Made by a program: the position numbers and the translations under genes
The notes under the pieces: model-generated
The model's input: only the letters and a program-made list of their open reading frames with translations
Told to the model about the DNA's origin: nothing
Database searches by the model: none
Assembly: GCA_002688315.1 (NCBI GenBank)
Contig: NZCN01000001.1
Location: 50,748 to 114,747, forward strand
DNA from: Candidatus Woesearchaeota archaeon
GTDB taxonomy: Archaea; Nanobdellota; Nanobdellia; Woesearchaeales; UBA10216
Reading direction: 5' to 3'
DNA: 64,000 nt
Shown: positions 54,991-63,605 of the stretch, one piece after another
How positions within the stretch are numbered: the stretch's first letter is position 1
Layout: each line of letters starts with the position of its first letter

Positions 54991-55149
54991 ATGTCATTTT
55001 TTGTAATTTTAAGCATTATTGGAGTTCTAGTTGGACTTTTCCTGATTTCCCAGGGAATGTGGGGGGACGGAATAGGCAAGACGCTGACTTTTATGGTTGG
55101 AATATTTGTTACAGTAAAAGAACTTATGGATATGGTATTTGCTAAGTGA
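54991..55149 (+). CDS. Small two-TM membrane protein (52 aa), not in the ORF track
   Basis: MSFFVILSIIGVLVGLFLISQGMWGDGIGKTLTFMVGIFVTVKELMDMVFAK. Preferred over the overlapping Cys/Trp-rich track ORF 54897-55145. Confidence 0.4.
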   Translation: MSFFVILSIIGVLVGLFLISQGMWGDGIGKTLTFMVGIFVTVKELMDMVFAK

Positions 55150-55194
55150 GACAGCTTACGAAATCTTTATATATTCAGAATATACATAAATGGT

Positions 55195-55788
55195 ATGCCA
55201 GTATACATAAGAATTCCTAATTTGAGTGTTGTTTACAGAGATTTGTGGGTCATGCAGCCTCTTTACAGAGTAACAAGAAAATGGCTCATGGAAAATGATT
55301 ATGGCGATGCTCATGAAGACGCAAGCATGGAATCTTCTGGAGAAATTCTCTATCATATCAGGAAAGGCACTTCAATGGGTCCAAATGAAAATGAATTGAG
55401 AATCTGGTGGAGAACTGTTCAGAATCCTAATGGAGGGGCTCACTCTGGAAATAAATTTTACAAACACCATATTGACATAGACTGGAATGTTATTCAGATG
55501 TATGACATTGAGATAATGAGAGAAGGAAAAAAAGAAAAAGTACAGAAAGGAGAGATGATAATTAACATTAAACCTTACATTGAAATGCCTGATATGAGTA
55601 ATACGCCTTTATTGAAATTTTTCGATAACTGGTTTAGAACAAGGCTATTGAAGAAAAACCTTGAGGAAAACAAGAAAATGCTTTATCAGGATGCGTACAG
55701 GCTTCAAGGTATGATAAAGAAATATTTGGAACTCAAGATATTTACTCCAGAACTAGAGAACTTCCACGAGAAATTCGAGTTTGTTTGA
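55195..55788 (+). CDS. Hypothetical protein (197 aa), Trp/His-rich
   Basis: Long ORF with TATA CTTTATATA about 25 nt upstream. No motif recognised. Confidence 0.55.
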   Translation: MPVYIRIPNLSVVYRDLWVMQPLYRVTRKWLMENDYGDAHEDASMESSGEILYHIRKGTSMGPNENELRIWWRTVQNPNGGAHSGNKFYKHHIDIDWNVIQMYDIEIMREGKKEKVQKGEMIINIKPYIEMPDMSNTPLLKFFDNWFRTRLLKKNLEENKKMLYQDAYRLQGMIKKYLELKIFTPELENFHEKFEFV

Positions 55789-55789
55789 G

Positions 55790-56722
55790 CTATTTTTTCT
55801 TCAACATTTCGATTATGCTCAATCCTTCATGTGAAAGAAGGATTAGGCCTATTAAAGTGGAAATCAAGTCCTTAAATCTTATTAAAATTGAGAGTGCAAT
55901 GCCTACGTTAGCAGCTGCAACCAGGCTAAACACTGAGAAATGCCCTGCTTCCTGTACGCCAAAAGCGGCAGGAATGGGAATTATAGCCGCAAATGATGTT
56001 GCTATTATGCTTAGAAGTATAATGGTTATAGAGGCATCAAAGCCTATGCTTAGAAGAGCAAATTTGTATTGAAGAAATGTAACGGGCCAGCTGAGCATTG
56101 AAATAAAAATGGCTTGAATAACGCCTTTTCTTCTGAAGTGAAGAAATTCAATCATAGAGTCCTCAATGCTAACGATTTTTCCAGCAAGCTTCCTGAGGAA
56201 TCTGGTTCTGATAAATGAGGAAAAAAATCTGAAAATAAAAGAAAAAGGCCCTAAGCGTTTAATAAGAGTGGAATAAAAAATTATTAGCAAAAGAGTAGCA
56301 AGCAATGACAAAGTCAAGGCAAAACCAACTATTTGGTTCGGCAGCGTGAAAAACAAGAGCATGGCAATTAGTATCACAGATATGAACAATGTATCGATGG
56401 ACATGCCCAGAGACATCTCAATTAGAATTGAAGAGTAAGCTTGTTTGCTTTTAAGACTGAGCTTTTTTTTCAGAAGATAACCACGGACTGGCTCGCCACC
56501 TAATCTTGCAGCAGGTGTCAGATAGTTCACAGCAGTTCCAATAAGCTTATACCTTAAAAGCAGCAAAAATGGAACCTTAACACCTTGGTATTTGAGCACA
56601 GCAGCCCATCTCAACGAATTAATAATGTGCAGCAAAGTTGTTGCTAAAACGAATAAGACAAGATAAACTAGAGAGAACTTTTTGAATGGTTCAATGATTT
56701 TGTCAAAGCCTGCAAAAATCAA
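55790..56722 (-). CDS. UPF0104 / LPG-synthase-TM-like flippase-like membrane protein
   Basis: RWAAVL..G......LLRYKLIGTAVNYLTPAARLGGEPVRGYLL pattern, multi-TM. The only start available is TTG. Confidence 0.6.
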   Translation of the reverse strand: MIFAGFDKIIEPFKKFSLVYLVLFVLATTLLHIINSLRWAAVLKYQGVKVPFLLLLRYKLIGTAVNYLTPAARLGGEPVRGYLLKKKLSLKSKQAYSSILIEMSLGMSIDTLFISVILIAMLLFFTLPNQIVGFALTLSLLATLLLIIFYSTLIKRLGPFSFIFRFFSSFIRTRFLRKLAGKIVSIEDSMIEFLHFRRKGVIQAIFISMLSWPVTFLQYKFALLSIGFDASITIILLSIIATSFAAIIPIPAAFGVQEAGHFSVFSLVAAANVGIALSILIRFKDLISTLIGLILLSHEGLSIIEMLKKK

Positions 56723-56804
56723 GACAATAAAAAAAAAGCGATAATCCTAGAATTACTGATGCTGCTACAAGCAATTTTCTCATGGCTATTACCGTAAAAT
56801 TTTA

Positions 56805-56898
56805 CGAGCCTGCAGGGACTTTCTTCAGTTAAACTGATTCGAACCCTGGGCCTAGAGGTTAGGAACCGCTCGCTCTGTCCAAGCTGAGCTACAGGCTC
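56805..56898 (-). tRNA. tRNA-Arg(CCU) with a 19-nt insert in the T-loop
   Basis: Acceptor GAGCCTG/CAGGCTC. Its D arm, variable region and T stem are identical to those of tRNA-Arg(UCU). Anticodon arm AGCGG-TTCCTAA-CCTCT has one C:U mismatch. The T arm is CAGGG-TTCGAAT-[56818-56836 insert]-CCCTG. Confidence 0.75.
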
Positions 56899-56979
56899 AT
56901 TAAACCGAGTTTGTTTACAATTGTTTAAAAAGTTTCTTACCAATAAAATATTTAAGCAGGCTTTTATTGGCTTTATAAG

Positions 56980-57537
56980 ATGAAAATAAGCAAGCAGCAA
57001 GCATTTGCATGGTTTAAGAAGTCTTATTTGAAATTAATTTTTGCGATAGTTGCATTAATCCTGCTTTCATTGTTGTTGGGAACATCTGTGAAAACTTTGG
57101 TGTTTGCAATAGTATTGATTTTATTAGCTTCTTTTTCAACGTTTTATTTTAATTATGTAACTGCTCCTGTTAATTTTGAACTGGTGAAAATGTCAACAAT
57201 ACTCATGGCTTACACTCATGGAATAATCGCAGGCCTTATTGTTGGAATAGCTGCAACTATCATTGGAAAAATTCTCATTGGAAGAATTGATGAAAAGCTG
57301 CCTATTTCAGTAGCTGCTATTTCGATAGTAGCAGTAGCTGCAGGTTTGTTTTCTGCAGCTAATATAGTTGTCTTGGGAATACTGCTTGTAGGTTTTTACA
57401 ATATTTCATTGTTTTCAATAAGCATGACCACAGGAGGAGACTTGGGATGGAACATCCCGTATGAAGGAACTAACTTTGCGATAAACTTTATTTTGTTTAC
57501 CAGAATTGCTCCGTTTATTCTTCCGCTGCTGCAGTAA
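56980..57537 (+). CDS. Integral membrane protein (185 aa, about 5 TM)
   Basis: Hydrophobic ORF; no motif recognised. Confidence 0.55.
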   Translation: MKISKQQAFAWFKKSYLKLIFAIVALILLSLLLGTSVKTLVFAIVLILLASFSTFYFNYVTAPVNFELVKMSTILMAYTHGIIAGLIVGIAATIIGKILIGRIDEKLPISVAAISIVAVAAGLFSAANIVVLGILLVGFYNISLFSISMTTGGDLGWNIPYEGTNFAINFILFTRIAPFILPLLQ

Positions 57538-57540
57538 CTT

Positions 57541-57996
57541 TTATCCAAAGTAGCCAAGCTTTTCTGTTTGTTCTGACTCGCTTTCCCAGGACTTCTTTAC
57601 TTTGCTTACTGCTTCCGCTAGCCTTGGCTTTAAGCCAGCCCATTCGCTAAGAAAATTTTTTATAAATTCTGCATTTGTGTTGTTGTCGTTGCTTACTGAA
57701 GCTTCTAGAGAAGATCTCTTCCAGAACATTAAGCGCCTGAACACTTCAAATACTTCTTTCTTTTCCTCGCCTTCAAAAATTCTGCTTTCATACATGTTTG
57801 TTAAGTTAGTGTCAGGATTAAGAACTTCTGAAAGAAAGTTAGTGTATGCTTGGATTTTTTCTGCAATTCCTTTTCTGATTTCTGCTAACAAAAATTCAGA
57901 TTCCAAATCTAGATTAAACTCCTCAAGTTCTTCAAACTTTGGGAGCTTATGCTTTTTTCTAAGCTCTTCGTAGCACTTCTTTGTATCTTCAACCAT
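57541..57996 (-). CDS. Hypothetical helical protein (151 aa)
   Basis: Long ORF with typical Lys/Glu-rich composition; no motif recognised. Confidence 0.55.
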   Translation of the reverse strand: MVEDTKKCYEELRKKHKLPKFEELEEFNLDLESEFLLAEIRKGIAEKIQAYTNFLSEVLNPDTNLTNMYESRIFEGEEKKEVFEVFRRLMFWKRSSLEASVSNDNNTNAEFIKNFLSEWAGLKPRLAEAVSKVKKSWESESEQTEKLGYFG

Positions 57997-58060
57997 GAGA
58001 ATTAGCGTTCGGCATAGCTATAAATAGTTTTCGTGTATAAAAAAATAAAAAATTAAGAAA

Positions 58061-58414
58061 TTATCTAAGCTTTACTCTTTCTGCTACGAGTAATATGCCC
58101 ACACCTATTACTAATAACTTTATAGTTGGGAAGAACAAACCGTCAAGCACTTCCAAGGCAGGGTTAACAAGAGTTATCTGGCTTAATGTTTTATCGCCAA
58201 TACTACTGATTTTGTTAACAATTCCAGTAGCAGCTGTAAGGTAAACAGCAAATGTAAGAAGCTTCATAAAACTGCTTACAGTGGTTCTATATTTTACAAC
58301 TTCACTCAAAAGCCCTTGCACTAAAGGCAGAACATATTTTACAGCCAAATAAGCACCGCCCGCATAAGAAGCAGCACCCAACAAATTGACTATCACTGTT
58401 TCAGCACTAACCAT
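58061..58414 (-). CDS. Small membrane protein (117 aa, about 4 TM)
   Basis: Hydrophobic ORF. Confidence 0.5.
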   Translation of the reverse strand: MVSAETVIVNLLGAASYAGGAYLAVKYVLPLVQGLLSEVVKYRTTVSSFMKLLTFAVYLTAATGIVNKISSIGDKTLSQITLVNPALEVLDGLFFPTIKLLVIGVGILLVAERVKLR

Positions 58415-58513
58415 TCATAACACCTCTTTTTTTAATAATAATACTTTTTGTAAAACTCAGGTCTGCATTCTAACTATATAAACCTTACGTTTTCTCACGT
58501 GGAAAAAAAGTAG

Positions 58514-59041
58514 CTAAACGTAATCTATGATGCGGTGCTTATGCTGTTCCCAGAACAGCCAGGCAAGAAGTATTATCGCGTCAAAGCTTGCTAATACATT
58601 ACTGCTTACCGCTCTAGGGCAGGTTAAAGGCAAGCCAGGAATAAGTGTTAAGTGTTCTGTGCCTGCCAGCATGCAATCCAGAAGTATGTGGATAAGCCAG
58701 CCAAAAGCAATTATTGCAAATATTAATACAACACTGTTTTTTTTAATCTTGTACTGAAATAAATTGTACTGTTTTTTCTTGGCAGAAAAATGAACAAATA
58801 CTGCTATGGCTGCAAAGAGAACAGCCCAAATAACTGAATGCGTGTACAACCTGTGGACCGATGTGCTTGAATTGAAAAAAGCAGCTAAGAGCCAATCTAT
58901 TACAATGCCAGCGTCTGGCAGCAGCCCTGCAAAACCGGCAAGCACTAAAAAAGAAGTTGAGAACTTATGCTTCATAAAAAAATCCCGAAATAATCCAACA
59001 AGAACTATTGTCAGTATAACATGCGTAACAGCAAAAGGCAC
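58514..59041 (-). CDS. Membrane-bound metal-dependent hydrolase-like protein (DUF457/YdjM-like)
   Basis: N-terminal AVTH, LPDAG and HRLYTHSV motifs. GTG start, with TATA GAAAGCTATATAA about 26 nt upstream. Confidence 0.5.
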   Translation of the reverse strand: MPFAVTHVILTIVLVGLFRDFFMKHKFSTSFLVLAGFAGLLPDAGIVIDWLLAAFFNSSTSVHRLYTHSVIWAVLFAAIAVFVHFSAKKKQYNLFQYKIKKNSVVLIFAIIAFGWLIHILLDCMLAGTEHLTLIPGLPLTCPRAVSSNVLASFDAIILLAWLFWEQHKHRIIDYV

Positions 59042-59086
59042 GGCTATTCTGTTACGTTAAGACTTATATAGCTTTCTTTTTTTGAA

Positions 59087-59159
59087 AGCCTCTGATGGGA
59101 GTTGCACCCATGATCTCTTCCTTACGAGGGAAGCGCATTAGCTACTATGCTACAGAGGC
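59087..59159 (-). tRNA. tRNA-Thr(CGU), intron-less
   Basis: Acceptor GCCTCTG/CAGAGGC, D arm GCAT/ATGC, anticodon arm CTTCC-CTCGTAA-GGAAG, T arm ATGGG-TGCAACT-CCCAT, discriminator U. Confidence 0.85.
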
Positions 59160-59197
59160 AATAACAAAAGAGAATTACTTGTTTCTTTTTAAATTCT

Positions 59198-59356
59198 TTA
59201 CTTCAATTGCTGCAGAATCAAGGCTTTTTCAGAGAATTTCTTTTGGCATTCAAAACATACCACGCGCTTTTTTCCCTTCGAGTCTTTTATGTATGTTCCT
59301 AGTATTTTCTTCAGAAATGTTGTTCCAATCTTTCTCTTGCATATTTCGCAGTTCAT
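59198..59356 (-). CDS. Small zinc-ribbon protein (52 aa)
   Basis: MNCEICKRKIG...VVCFECQKKF (CxxC...CxxC). The longer track ORF (to 59509) would run through the cutA promoter and start, so the internal ATG is preferred. Confidence 0.45.
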   Translation of the reverse strand: MNCEICKRKIGTTFLKKILGTYIKDSKGKKRVVCFECQKKFSEKALILQQLK

Positions 59357-59449
59357 GTGTTTTTTTGAGTTTCTTTTCTTTTTTATAATTATTGCTACTT
59401 TTGAAAATATAGCAAACTTTAATAACAACCTGTTTTCATAAATAACCAG

Positions 59450-59749
59450 ATGATTAGTGTCTACATAACCTGTAAAGATTTGGATGAGGCTAAAAACATC
59501 GCAAAACACCTTCTGGATAATAAGCTAATTGCATGCGCAAATATGTTCCCTGTTGAAAGCATGTTTAATTGGGACGGGAAAATAAACGATGTCAAGGAAA
59601 CTGCAATGTTTTGTAAGGCAAAGAAAGAAAATTTCAAGAAAATAGAGGAAGAAGTTAAAAAGCTGCACAGTTATGAAGTTCCTTGCATAGTTGCTTTTGA
59701 CTGGGTCGACAGCAATAAACATTTTTCTGAATGGGTAAAAAATGGCTGA
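59450..59749 (+). CDS. cutA: CutA divalent-cation tolerance protein
   Basis: LIACANMFPVESMFNWDGKI...E.AMF.K...HSYEVPCIVAF. Confidence 0.85.
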   Translation: MISVYITCKDLDEAKNIAKHLLDNKLIACANMFPVESMFNWDGKINDVKETAMFCKAKKENFKKIEEEVKKLHSYEVPCIVAFDWVDSNKHFSEWVKNG

Positions 59750-59999
59750 CCATCATTTGATAAAAAATGTTGAAAGAGGAGGCAGTTGCATTTATTGCAG
59801 TGAAAAACTCGACGATAAATGGGAAAGCAGCTTTTCTGCAAGAAAACATTACAAGTGTGTTGTGTGCAAATGTGGGAAATCAAACTGCATAGAAGCTGAT
59901 TTTATGGGCACAGGACATGATAATTGGAGCGAACTGGAAAAGAAAGTTTCAAAAAACAGCAGCGTAAGAATAATTGAGAAAAACGTGAGAATTCTTTAG
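59742..59999 (+). CDS. Small Cys-rich (Zn-binding?) protein (85 aa)
   Basis: CIYC...CVVCKCGKSNC; overlaps cutA by 8 nt. Confidence 0.45.
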   Translation: MADHHLIKNVERGGSCIYCSEKLDDKWESSFSARKHYKCVVCKCGKSNCIEADFMGTGHDNWSELEKKVSKNSSVRIIEKNVRIL

Positions 60000-60673
60000 C
60001 AATGGTAAATTATTGTTCCTTTGAATTTTTTCTTATTAAGAAAATTCTGAAGATTATTTAGGTCTTTACCCATTATTGCCACTGTCAGCCTGCTTTTTTC
60101 TGCTTCTCTTGTTGCGATGGGATCAAAAGGAGCGTTAAGCCCTGGACTCCATTTTTTCCCAACAAGTTTTCTGAAATGTTTCCAGCAAATGCATTTTAAT
60201 GGCTTTGCGTTTTTGAATTTAGAAGGGTCTTTGTTGTAAACAAAATCAGTATTTGTCATGTTGATGACTGTTTTTACACTCAGATTTTTTGCAAGCAGCA
60301 CAGCATCATAATCTGTTGACCATCCTGGCTTCCAGCCAGCCGCTATGATTACTTTTTCTTTTGCTTTAATCTTTTTGTTTGGGTTCCGGATTACTTTTTT
60401 GTGAGCAACTTCTCTGAATATATTTCTTAAAAGCTGGGCGTTTAAACGAGTTGCATGTATGCCAAGCCAGTCAAGATCTTCAGGAGTCAGCTTAACCACT
60501 TTTGAAGCTGCTGACAAATAATCGCGCGCAGTCTTGCCACCGCCGCAGATTATTACAAAACGTTTGCTTTTCGCAAACTTTATTATCAATTTTCTGAACT
60601 GTTTGAGAAAATTAATGTCAATTTTTTCAGGAGCAAGGACAGAGCCGCCGAGAGATATTACAATTGTTTCCAT
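59996..60673 (-). CDS. pyrH: UMP kinase (archaeal type)
   Basis: VISLGGSV...VIICGGGKTAR... amino-acid-kinase fold pattern. Confidence 0.8.
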   Translation of the reverse strand: METIVISLGGSVLAPEKIDINFLKQFRKLIIKFAKSKRFVIICGGGKTARDYLSAASKVVKLTPEDLDWLGIHATRLNAQLLRNIFREVAHKKVIRNPNKKIKAKEKVIIAAGWKPGWSTDYDAVLLAKNLSVKTVINMTNTDFVYNKDPSKFKNAKPLKCICWKHFRKLVGKKWSPGLNAPFDPIATREAEKSRLTVAIMGKDLNNLQNFLNKKKFKGTIIYHC

Positions 60674-60778
60674 ACTAAAGTTTTGAAGATGGATGGAATG
60701 TATTTAAATCTATCGGAAATCTAAGATTATATGTTTTGAAACGAAATTATTAATAATAGAAGCCAGTCGTAATTTTGT

Positions 60779-61576
60779 ATGCAAAAACTGGATTTTGCCA
60801 TAGTTGTGTCAAAGAAAGATCCTGCAGGAATGAGCATTTCTGAACAGCTTAGGCAGCTGCAGCAGTTTCCTGCCACTATTGGAGATAAAAAGGTTGATTT
60901 GTTTGTCAAAGGGCAAGCAATTACTGAAGTTGCAGTTGATGACATTAATGCAGATAACTTTATTTTTGCATCTAAGCATGTGAGCAAAGCAAGAGTTCAT
61001 TCTTTAAGCGTGCACAGCATTGGAAACTGGAGCAAAGTTATTGGCGGTGGAAGAGAAAAAACTCTTGTCGCTGTTCCAGCTGCGTTGATGAAAACTTGTT
61101 TCAAATTGTTAACAGTTAATGCAGAAAAAGCAAAAATTGACTACGAAATCATACTGGAAGCAACCCATCATGGTCCTTACTTAGAAAAACCTGTTATGTT
61201 CATTGAGATTGGCAGTGATGAAGAGCATTGGAAAGATAAGACAGCTGGAAAAGTAATTGCTGATACTATCCTTGAAGCGATTAAAAATATTAGTGATACT
61301 AGTGAAGAAATAAAAACTGTGGTAGGAATTGGAGGCATGCACCATGCGCCTAACTTCACAAAAGTGATGCTTGCTGAAGATGTGTCTGTAAGTTATCTTT
61401 GCCCAAAATACATGCTTGAGTCTCTTGATGAAGAAATGCTGAAGCAGGCAATCGACAAATCAAAAGCAAACTCTGTTGTTCTTGACTGGAAAGGTTTGGG
61501 GAAAGAAAAAGCAAGAATTGTTGATATGCTTGAGAAAAATGGCGTAAATTACAAAAGAACCAAGGATTTTGCATAA
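60779..61576 (+). CDS. dtdA: D-aminoacyl-tRNA deacylase, archaeal DtdA type
   Basis: SKKDPAG, SVHSIGNW and EATHHGP motifs. Confidence 0.75.
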   Translation: MQKLDFAIVVSKKDPAGMSISEQLRQLQQFPATIGDKKVDLFVKGQAITEVAVDDINADNFIFASKHVSKARVHSLSVHSIGNWSKVIGGGREKTLVAVPAALMKTCFKLLTVNAEKAKIDYEIILEATHHGPYLEKPVMFIEIGSDEEHWKDKTAGKVIADTILEAIKNISDTSEEIKTVVGIGGMHHAPNFTKVMLAEDVSVSYLCPKYMLESLDEEMLKQAIDKSKANSVVLDWKGLGKEKARIVDMLEKNGVNYKRTKDFA

Positions 61577-61620
61577 AACTTAAATATTTAAAGCTAAAAA
61601 AGAACAGCGGAGGTGAGTCT

Positions 61621-61728
61621 ATGGAAAATACGCCTGAAGATGATGATTTCTTAAAGAGTGATGATGAAGAAGATGATGATGGAGAAGAAGGTGGTTTGCA
61701 TCAAGGCGATGAGGAAGATACTTGGTAA
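61621..61728 (+). CDS. Tiny acidic protein (35 aa), not in the ORF track
   Basis: Strong SD GGAGGTGA lies 5 nt upstream. Product: MENTPEDDDFLKSDDEEDDDGEEGGLHQGDEEDTW. Confidence 0.4.
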   Translation: MENTPEDDDFLKSDDEEDDDGEEGGLHQGDEEDTW

Positions 61729-61747
61729 TATCTTCGCCTCGGAATAA

Positions 61748-61764
61748 ATAGAAAAGTTTATATA
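61748..61764 (+). promoter_or_regulatory. BRE/TATA promoter (AATAGAAAAGTTTATATA)
   Basis: The TATA box at 61757-61764 is centred about 27 nt before ATG 61788, consistent with a leaderless transcript. Confidence 0.5.
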
Positions 61765-61787
61765 CACTTTTTGTGATAAATTGAATC

Positions 61788-62369
61788 ATGGCAGATACAA
61801 GTACGTTCAGAGGAACACTTGATTTCTTGGCAGACATAGGCGTTTATGATGTCATACTACCTTTCCTTCTTGTATTTACCATTGTATTTGCGCTTTTAGA
61901 AAAAACACGGGTTTTTGGAACTGAAAAAGTTGGCGATGCAGAGTACTCAAAGAAGCATTTGAACTCTTTGGCCAGTTTTGTCATAGCATTTTTTGTTATA
62001 GCCTCGTCAAGACTTGTGGAAATAGTAACGCAGATATCTGCAAACGTAGTTGTTTTACTTCTTGCAGGCGTGTTTTTCCTGCTCTTGGCAGGCAGCTTCC
62101 ATCAGCAAAAACCTGAAGGATTTTTCCTTGAAGGAAGGTTTAAGACTCTTTTTATGTCCCTCATGTTTGTTGGACTTGTTTTTATTTTCCTTAATGCTAT
62201 TGAAGCTAAAAACAAAACATGGCTTCAATGGCTTTTTGATTGGCTAAGGCAATTTACTGATAATGTTTCGGTTTCAGCGGTTGTTTTGATTATACTTGTA
62301 GTAGGCATTATGTATTACATAGGAGCCATTGGCCCTAGCAAGGAAGAAACATCAAATAACAAAAAATAG
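61788..62369 (+). CDS. Multi-TM membrane protein, paralog 1 of 3
   Basis: The N-terminus ..LDFLADIGVYDVILPFLLVFTIVFALLEKTRVFG aligns with the next gene. Confidence 0.6.
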   Translation: MADTSTFRGTLDFLADIGVYDVILPFLLVFTIVFALLEKTRVFGTEKVGDAEYSKKHLNSLASFVIAFFVIASSRLVEIVTQISANVVVLLLAGVFFLLLAGSFHQQKPEGFFLEGRFKTLFMSLMFVGLVFIFLNAIEAKNKTWLQWLFDWLRQFTDNVSVSAVVLIILVVGIMYYIGAIGPSKEETSNNKK

Positions 62370-62379
62370 GTGATAAAAT

Positions 62380-62958
62380 ATGGCTAACGAATTTCCAGAA
62401 TTTTTTGTAAGATTGGATCAAATGGGTGTCCTTGATTCACTTCTCCCGTTTATTTTAATATTCACAATACTTTTTGCGGTCCTTCAAAAAACAAAGATTA
62501 TTGGAGAAGGAAAAAGACAGTTTAACACTCTTGTTGCCTTGATAATATCACTTATGGTTGTCCTTCCTCACGTTACAGGAAGATATCCTCCAGGGCAGGA
62601 TATTGTATCTATAATAAACACAGCACTTCCGCAAGTATCATTATTAGTTGTTGCAATTTTGGCTGCTTTGCTTCTTGTAGGAGTTTTTGCTCCTGGCGTT
62701 ATGCTAGGAGGAACCGGCCTTGGCGCAATCATGGGTCTGATAAGCTTGGGAGCAATAGTTTACATCTTTGGAAATGCTGCTGGATTTTGGAAAGGCTCAG
62801 GAGCATTTAATTTCCTTAACAATCCCGACACGCAGGCAGTATTGGTTATTATCTTAGTATTCGGCTTGATTATATGGTTCATCACAAAAGAAGACGGACA
62901 AAATGAAATGGTCGGCAAGGCATGGTCTGATCTTAAATCGACTTTTGGCCGTGGCTGA
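62380..62958 (+). CDS. Multi-TM membrane protein, paralog 2 of 3
   Basis: N-terminus ..LDQMGVLDSLLPFILIFTILFAVLQKTKIIG. Confidence 0.6.
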   Translation: MANEFPEFFVRLDQMGVLDSLLPFILIFTILFAVLQKTKIIGEGKRQFNTLVALIISLMVVLPHVTGRYPPGQDIVSIINTALPQVSLLVVAILAALLLVGVFAPGVMLGGTGLGAIMGLISLGAIVYIFGNAAGFWKGSGAFNFLNNPDTQAVLVIILVFGLIIWFITKEDGQNEMVGKAWSDLKSTFGRG

Positions 62959-63017
62959 TGAATCATGTGGTAAATAAGGAGGATAACCCATCGGATATTT
63001 CCGATGGTTTTTGACAA

Positions 63018-63557
63018 ATGGCTACTGTTTTTGACCTTGGTTTGCTGAGTGAATTCTCAGAAGTATTTTTATGGATATTAATATTTGTAGTAGTTTACGG
63101 AATTCTACAGATGACTGATATTTTCAAAAATCGGGGATTGCACGCATTGGCTGCAATTTCTGTTACAATAGTCTTAGGCATAACAGGCAGCACTACAACA
63201 GTTATAGAAGGACTAGCGCCTTGGTTTGTAATTACCGGATTTTTCATCATTTTTTTACTGGTCTTAGCGCAATTTATTGGAGTAGACATACATGATACTG
63301 TATTTGGCGGTAGCAGCGGAATTTGGTGGATTTTCGTTCCTTTGATTATAGGACTTGTTATATCTCTTGTAGCAGGCGGCCAATTTGCGAGAGAAACTAC
63401 AACAATTGACCCTGAAACTGGCGAGACAATAACAACGCCAGGAAACGCTGTTATCAATATTATAACTGAACCGAAAATTTTAGGCTTTATTCTTATACTT
63501 GCAATATCTTCTGTTACAGTAGCTCTTATGGCAGGAGTGCCCAAATTATCTTCTTGA
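63018..63557 (+). CDS. Multi-TM membrane protein, diverged paralog 3 of 3
   Basis: N-terminus ..FSEVFLWILIFVVVYGILQMTDIFKNRG; similar size and topology. Confidence 0.55.
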   Translation: MATVFDLGLLSEFSEVFLWILIFVVVYGILQMTDIFKNRGLHALAAISVTIVLGITGSTTTVIEGLAPWFVITGFFIIFLLVLAQFIGVDIHDTVFGGSSGIWWIFVPLIIGLVISLVAGGQFARETTTIDPETGETITTPGNAVINIITEPKILGFILILAISSVTVALMAGVPKLSS

Positions 63558-63605
63558 CACTCTGACATCAAAACATTTAAATAAAATTCTGCAAGAAAGT
63601 AACGT

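Noticed and set aside
54897-55145. 82-aa ORF (MKLWCFFNTLLLLCAF...).
   Set aside because: Its Cys/Trp/Asn-rich product looks spurious. A 52-aa two-TM ORF in another frame (54991-55149) is more protein-like, and neither is certain.
59095-59388. 97-aa plus-strand ORF starting MGVAPMISSLRGKR.
   Set aside because: It overlaps tRNA-Thr(CGU) on the other strand and the small Zn-ribbon gene, and its composition looks non-coding.
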